From the human T2T-CHM13v2.0 reference genome, Homo sapiens: a stretch of DNA of 64,000 nucleotides. The position numbers and the translations under genes are program-made. The DNA lies in the NCBI RefSeq assembly GCF_009914755.1, contig NC_060934.1, one strand, 5' to 3'. Positions 57,333 to 64,000 of the stretch are shown here, piece by piece. Numbering within the stretch: the first letter of the stretch is position 1; every line of letters starts with the position of its first letter. The notes beneath the pieces were generated by a model. The model saw nothing but the letters and a program-made list of their open reading frames with translations, had not been told where the DNA came from and searched no databases.

Positions 57333-60051
57333 CTTATCATTCTCCTCCTTCGCCTGACTCAAATCATAGAGTTTTCAGGGACAAATGCTTGATCATTCAT
57401 AATCAGGGCCTCCGAGCACCATCAAAGGGAATCCATCCATGCCTTGTCCCTCGGCCTTTAGGCTTCCACTTCCTACACAGCAAGGCTTCCCCTCTTAGAA
57501 ATGCATGTTTCCTAAGGAATCATGACACAGTGTCCTGCCCCAGCTCAAGGCGTGCTCCCCTCGCCTGAAATGACTGAGATGCAAGGGCTTTGACGGATTG
57601 ATTCATCCTTTGAAGCCTCCAATTTCTGGCTGCCTGCAGCAGTTCCTCTCCCCGAATCTTCACAGTCACTCCTGATGCTCTGGGGCCCAACAGCTCAGAA
57701 CTGGCTGGAGATGTTCATGTGGGTGGATGAGGATGAGAGTCACCCTTTCTCTTCCACGCTGCACATGCTACTTTGCACAGAATGGCAGGAAGCCTCCTAC
57801 CCTCAACACAGCCTGCAGAACCCGGACTCCCAGATGGTTTGGGGTTTGCATTGTCCCGGGATGGTCCCCTGCACCCGACCTGAAGACGCTACTCAGCATT
57901 CAGAATAGAAAGCTCTATCTGTAATGGCTCTGTAGGGGGAAAAATGATGCAAACATTCTTGTTTTCTCTTATTAGACACAAGACAGACTCTGGCAGGGAG
58001 TGAATTCTGGCGAAGCATTTGGTGGAAATGCGGTTTCCACCTGTTGAGCTATTTGAGTCTGAGAGATTTATAGCAGTGACTTATTGTGCTCTCTGCAGAA
58101 GGCCTCCAAAAGCTCCCCAGGCGGCCTGGCCACCCCAGCAGTCATTTGCATCCTGCCTTTGCACGAAAATAGAATCTGGTCTCCCAGTCAAGTTTGAAGG
58201 AAGCATATTGAATTGCAAATCTTTTCAGCAAATTCTGTTTGAGCAGCACAGCCAATGTGGACCTGGCTCAGGCATCCTCAAAGTGAAGCAAGGCTTTGAG
58301 GGGAGCAGCAGTGCTGTGGGCCCCAGCTGCCGCCATGTGCCGGAGTCGCTCCTGGGCCCATTTGCTGCCAGTCAGGAACCTGCTAGCGCCTTAGAGCCAT
58401 GCAAAGTGCTGATGAAAAGCTGCCTGGGCAGAGTCAGGGTAGAGATGGCAGAGCCCTTCTGTGTCACCTGCTTCGGTCACAGGAGTAATGAAGGGTATGA
58501 ATTTTAGTTGATGTTGCTCTAGTAGTGGCTTAATTGAGTTCTCTCAGAGCTACCATCTTGGTTCTTAAAATAGTTCTCCATCTTATTACATCAATCTATC
58601 CCTGGTTTTGAGAACAACAACAACAATAAAATAGACAATAGACCTGTGCTCTGATGGAAACCCCTGGGTTCTTAGCATATTGCGTGTCTCCAGTGGTTGC
58701 TACAGAAATGCTTTGTATCCACCGTTCCTCTTTAATTCTTGGGACTCGTGCCTGGGAAATCTGTGGTAAAAGGTCCATTGTTAATATCCTTTCTTCAAAT
58801 GGCTCCTGCTAACCCCGTTCCCTGCCAGTCTAACAGGCAATTCTATGCACAGTGGTCATTCATACAAGATGAGGTAAGAACCTGCTCTGAGAAGGGTCGT
58901 TTTCTTTGCATTAATCAGTATGTTATTTTGTTAGATGTTAAATTACCTGTATGTTGACACTGAGGTATAAACTATGGAGTGGTTTACACCTGCTGGAAAT
59001 GAAACACATAGAGACTCACAAAGTAACACACCTAAATCAAACTTTTTGTGATAAATGAATACAGCAAAATTAATTCGATATTTTTGGCTATTACCAGTCT
59101 GTTTTGTGCTGGCAGCCACAAGGAAAGAAATGAGATTTATGCTCCACAGAAAAATAGCTGAGTCCCTGTGAAGGCCTGGAGGCAGCGTGTTCTGCTTTCC
59201 CTGCGTCAGGGGCTTGAACAGGTGCACTGAGGCAAAGAATGTTTCCTGGGAGCCCCACCCACTCTCTCCAAATCCACAGGGTACCCGCAGGAGGTGGTCA
59301 CATTTTTTCAGAGCAAGGTAACAGCAAATTCACCCAATTTGCCTTCAATCCATTTAGACAAACATGTGTCTATAAGTGTTTTATAAACTACTGACTCATC
59401 ATGCCATGTAAACAATTCTGTTCCAGTTGACATCAAAGAAATAATGGGTGCTGGAGCTGGTTCACAATGTCCCTTATTCTCTGTGACCTCTCCTGCTTCT
59501 CTCTGCAGCCCCGTAGACAGATGCTGTGCGTTAGAGAGGAGACACTGAGGAGGGAACATTCACAGAGGAGCTCGCAATCTCCAAGTGATAGCACTGGGAC
59601 CTGCACCTACATGCCATTTCTGCAGATCATGGGGGAAATGCATATGGACTTTTACTCAATCCTGAGAGCGACGTCAGTGCTCACACACAGTGAGAACTGG
59701 AACTACATTGTGATTCCCCCAGCGGGCATGGGCTATTTCATTCTTTTCTGACTGCCAGACCCTAACAAAGGCTAGTCCAAAAGTTCTACGCAAATATCCA
59801 TGTCATGCATTGCTCAGAACCATGCTAAATATTCTTTTGGTTTGGATAGTTTGCAACGTCCCCCAGTGCATCCGGATAGTTGTCAGAGCTGTTTTATCTC
59901 CAGAGAGAGGGAGAGAGTGTTATCCCTTTAAGACTGCCCTGACTTCTTGCATAAGAAAAGTTCCCTGGCTGATCAAACCATGTTTAATGCCAGGGAGAGA
60001 TGCAATACCAGGTGGTAGAGAGAAGGGGGATCCATGGAATTCCTGGCCTAT

Positions 60052-61135
60052 TGGTGGTGGGGTGTTAATTAGTACAAACACTTTGGAAAAAAACACTTCA
60101 ACATCTGCTCCTAAAGTCAACTATCCATATGTTCTATCCACAGACATTCCTCTCTTGGATGAATACTCAAAGGGAATTCTAGCATACTACGAACAACTAG
60201 AGACAGAAGTTGGTTCTTAGCAGCACTGTTTACAATAGCAAAGACTTGGAAGTAAGCCAAATGCCCATCAGTAGTAAAATGGATAAATAAACTCTGGTAT
60301 AGGCACATGGTGAAATATTTCACAGCAAACACAATGAAAAAAATGCAATGACACACTCAATAAGGCTTAATGGTAGTAATATTATATTGAGTGAACAATT
60401 AAGTCCCAAAAGGTTACTTTCAGGTATGAACAAAAGTTCTCTGTAAAGGAATTTAGAGGTAAGAGACTATTCCAGTGAATAGTTTGCAAACCAGGGAGAC
60501 ACAGCCTTCAGTGTTAAACTAAGGTGTGTTCCAGAGAACAAACAGAGGGTTCAGATTTTATAGCAAAATTCCTGCCCAGGTTTCCAATCAGGTCCCTTTA
60601 TGTAAATGTAGGATTCGAACTTGCTTAGTCCTGATTGATTGACTCAGTTGAGTCCCGATTCGTTGATACAGCTGAGCCTTGTTTTGTCAATACAGGTGAC
60701 CTCTGATTGGATGGTTAGGGTGAGCTCTGGAAGTCCCAAATTTAAGTAGAGGTGTGGGTTTTGGAAGACTCAGAGTATGTAAGTCTCGTCGGCAAATGGA
60801 AGCTTGTCTCAATTTAAAACACAGGCCCAGGTGGCTCCTCAGGACCCATCTTGAAGGATTGGCGCTTTTAGTGCACATTCATTCACATGGGAATATATCA
60901 TTTTTATAAAGTTAAAAATAATGAAAATAAAGCATATAATTTTAGGAAAATATCATATATAAATAGGAAAATTAAAAAAATGATGAACTTGTGTCCAGGA
61001 TAACATTTACTTTGGTTGTGGGGGAAGCAAGGATTGGGTGTGGCCACTGCAGGTTAGAGGTAGATAGTTTTCAGGAAGATTCCAATTTTTGTTTTGGTTA
61101 ATGGATTCAGATACTCATAATATTAGAAAAATAAC
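60052..61135 (+). mobile_element. L1ME 3' region interrupted by an LTR
   Basis: GTACAAACACTTTGGAAAA, TAGCAGCACTGTTTACAATAGCAAAGACTTGGAA..CAAATGCCCATCAGTAGTAAAATGGATAAATAAACT. Confidence 0.75.
60427..60887 (-). mobile_element. ERV solo LTR (LTR47-like)
   Basis: TG..CA termini. Minus strand starts TGTGAATGAATGTG..GCCAATCCTTCAAGATGGGTCCTGAG. Several CCAAT-like boxes. Family name from memory. Confidence 0.6.
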
Positions 61136-61280
61136 CAAATGAAAACGGAACTTAAAAAAAAAGGCTGCGTATGCTGATAAAACTATCATTGCTGTGGACA
61201 GAATGATGGCCTGCTCCCAAACTTACATATTGACATTTTAACCTTCTTGGTGACAGTATTTGGGGATGGGACGTCTAGAA

Positions 61281-62000
<720 letters not shown>

Positions 62001-62744
62001 TGCGAGGTAAGGTTGAATGAGGTCACAAATGTGGAGTCCCAATCCCATTAGACTGGTGACCTCATAAGAAGACGAGAGATCTCTCTCCATGTGTGTCCAC
62101 CAAGGAAAGATCACGTAAACATGCAGCGAGAAGGCAGTGGTCTGAGAGCCAGGAGACTGGCCTCCCCAGAACGCCTCCTGCTGGCACCCTGACCTAGGAA
62201 TACCAGCTTCTAGAACTCTGAGAAAACAAACATTTGTTGTTGAAGCCACCCAGCGCCTGGCATTTTTTGTGGTAGCTGGAACTGGGTGTCTATTCCCAGG
62301 ACAGCAAGGATGAGGTAAAAGTGAAGAAATGCAAACAAAAGATGGTTCATTACCAAGCAGGCCTTAGCTAGACTGGAAACACAGCTGGCCTCTGTCTCTC
62401 TGCTTCTTCCTCATTGTCCAGTTTCCCCACTGGTCAGAGTTCTCCCCATAGGCTGCTGATGTCCCTGAACTTCTGCGGGAAGCACTGGCTGGCTTCAACA
62501 ACGAATGTTTATTTTCTCAGAGTGCTAGAAGCTGGTAGTCCCAGTTCAGGGTGCCAGTGGGATACCCTCAGGTAAGGCCAGTCTTCTGCCCAACCCCCTT
62601 CGTACAAGGCACCTACTAGGAAAGCCAGAGCCTCATGCCCTGGGCACAGCACTTCATCTGCGTCTGGATGTAGAGGGGACAGCTGGATTCTGGGCGACTC
62701 CCACCACAGCAGAGGCTGCCTGGAGCTGCAGAGGTGCATCTGTG

Positions 62745-62866
62745 GTTGAATGAAGGTATAGAGAGATTCCTTAGCATCCCTTATGTCATGCAGCTAGTAT
62801 GTGACGGAGCTGGGATTTGAACCCAGCAGACTGGCTCAAGAATCTGTGACCCTAACCACTATCCTA
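62745..62866 (-). mobile_element. MIR fragment
   Basis: CAGCTAGTATGTGACGGAGCTGGGATTTGAACCCAG..CTGGCTC..TAACCACTAT. Confidence 0.75.
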
Positions 62867-63369
62867 CTTTGCCCTTGAGTTGAAAATTAGAGGGTCACTC
62901 TCTTGGGAAAGCTGAGAGTGTAGCCAGTGAGGTGTGAGGGCCTCGCCTAGGAAGACCGACGGTCCTTTCCCTGCTTCCTGGGCATAAAGACGGAACACAG
63001 GGGTTTTGTTTGTCAGTGTAATGCTTTTATTTGGTTTGGCCTCTTTGTTTTGATTCCCTAACGCTGGACATATATACTTTCTTAGCAATCACAAAAATGC
63101 ACCACAATGATAGTTTTGTCTGTTTTCCCCGAACACTGTGCTCTGTGGATCCATTTTATGTGCACAGTGGTGAGCACACTTGTGAATAAGAAATAGAGAA
63201 ACAAGTTTGTGGGTGAGATCTGGGATGCCTTCTGGAGCCTCAGGGAGCAAATGGCCGTGACAGTTTCAGTGCGTGGATGACAGCGTGGGAAGGTCACCTG
63301 CAGCTGCGTGAGATGAGACTCAGCGCTGTGACATTCAGGGGAACAGGGAGAGCCACAGGCTGGTGCTTT

Positions 63370-64000
63370 CATTTCTATAATATTGCAGACTAGAGGTTCC
63401 AGACAATCCTCCCGCTTCAATGTGACTAAACGTGTTGGACACAATATAAATAAAAAAATCTTCTTATACATGGCATCAAATTGGCAAGAAGTAGATAAAA
63501 TCCTCAGGCAAATACCAAGGGAAAGAGCAAACTAGAGAATCACCCGGCTCTGAAACCACAGCTGTGCTGATGGCCCCTGCCAGCACTGGTGACCTTGAGC
63601 CTGGAGAACAGCAGACAAAACCCAGGCCCAACCTGGAGGGGGCATTGGACAGGAGCCTCTTCCATGAAGCCAGAGACTGAAAGGACTATCCTCTCAGTAA
63701 AATAACTAGAAAAAGCAATCCACCCTTACAGGAAGGAGGACAAGAAACCCCATCCTGGGTGGGAGTATGTGGGGAATCTCCTCTGAGATTCTGTAACCAC
63801 CTTGGTAGCTACACACAAGTTATTGACCTGAATTTGCACAACATAGATGGTCCAAAAAACCTCAAGTTAGTATTGAAAGGTAGTCATAGGGTGTGGGGTC
63901 CCCAGGTGCTTGTCAAAATCTAAAGTGAGTGGTCTGGAAGAAAGCCCCTTCAGTGCAGTCCCCTGTGTCCTCACAGATAGGGCTCCATCAGACATGGGCC
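63370..64000 (+). mobile_element. Probable old L1ME 5' UTR region
   Basis: GCAGACTAGAGGTTCCAGACAATCCTCCC..ACTAAACGTGTTGGACACAATAT resembles L1ME 5' ends. Confidence 0.45.

Overview
Primate (human-like) non-coding euchromatic DNA, either a gene desert or a very long intron. No credible protein-coding exon, RNA gene, processed pseudogene or CRISPR-like array is visible, and the listed ORFs are short chance or repeat-derived frames. Much of the window is interspersed repeats: 13 Alus (J, S and Y lineages, most with visible target-site duplications), young and old L1 fragments, L2, MIR, MaLR LTRs (THE1/MST/MLT1), a MER9 solo LTR, other ERV LTRs and DNA-transposon relics (MER2, MER5, MADE1). There is also a 2.2-kb AT-rich minisatellite and several STRs. 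Subfamily names come from recalled consensus sequences, not from a RepeatMasker run. I found no new gene system. The most unusual signals are structural: a 72-bp perfect palindrome in the AT array, perfect hairpins and short locally copied patches written into ancient repeats (possible template-switch or repair scars), a CpG/GC-box micro-island inside an old L1, a (GGAA)16 tract grown from an Alu tail, and repeat-free motif-dense blocks that may be enhancers.
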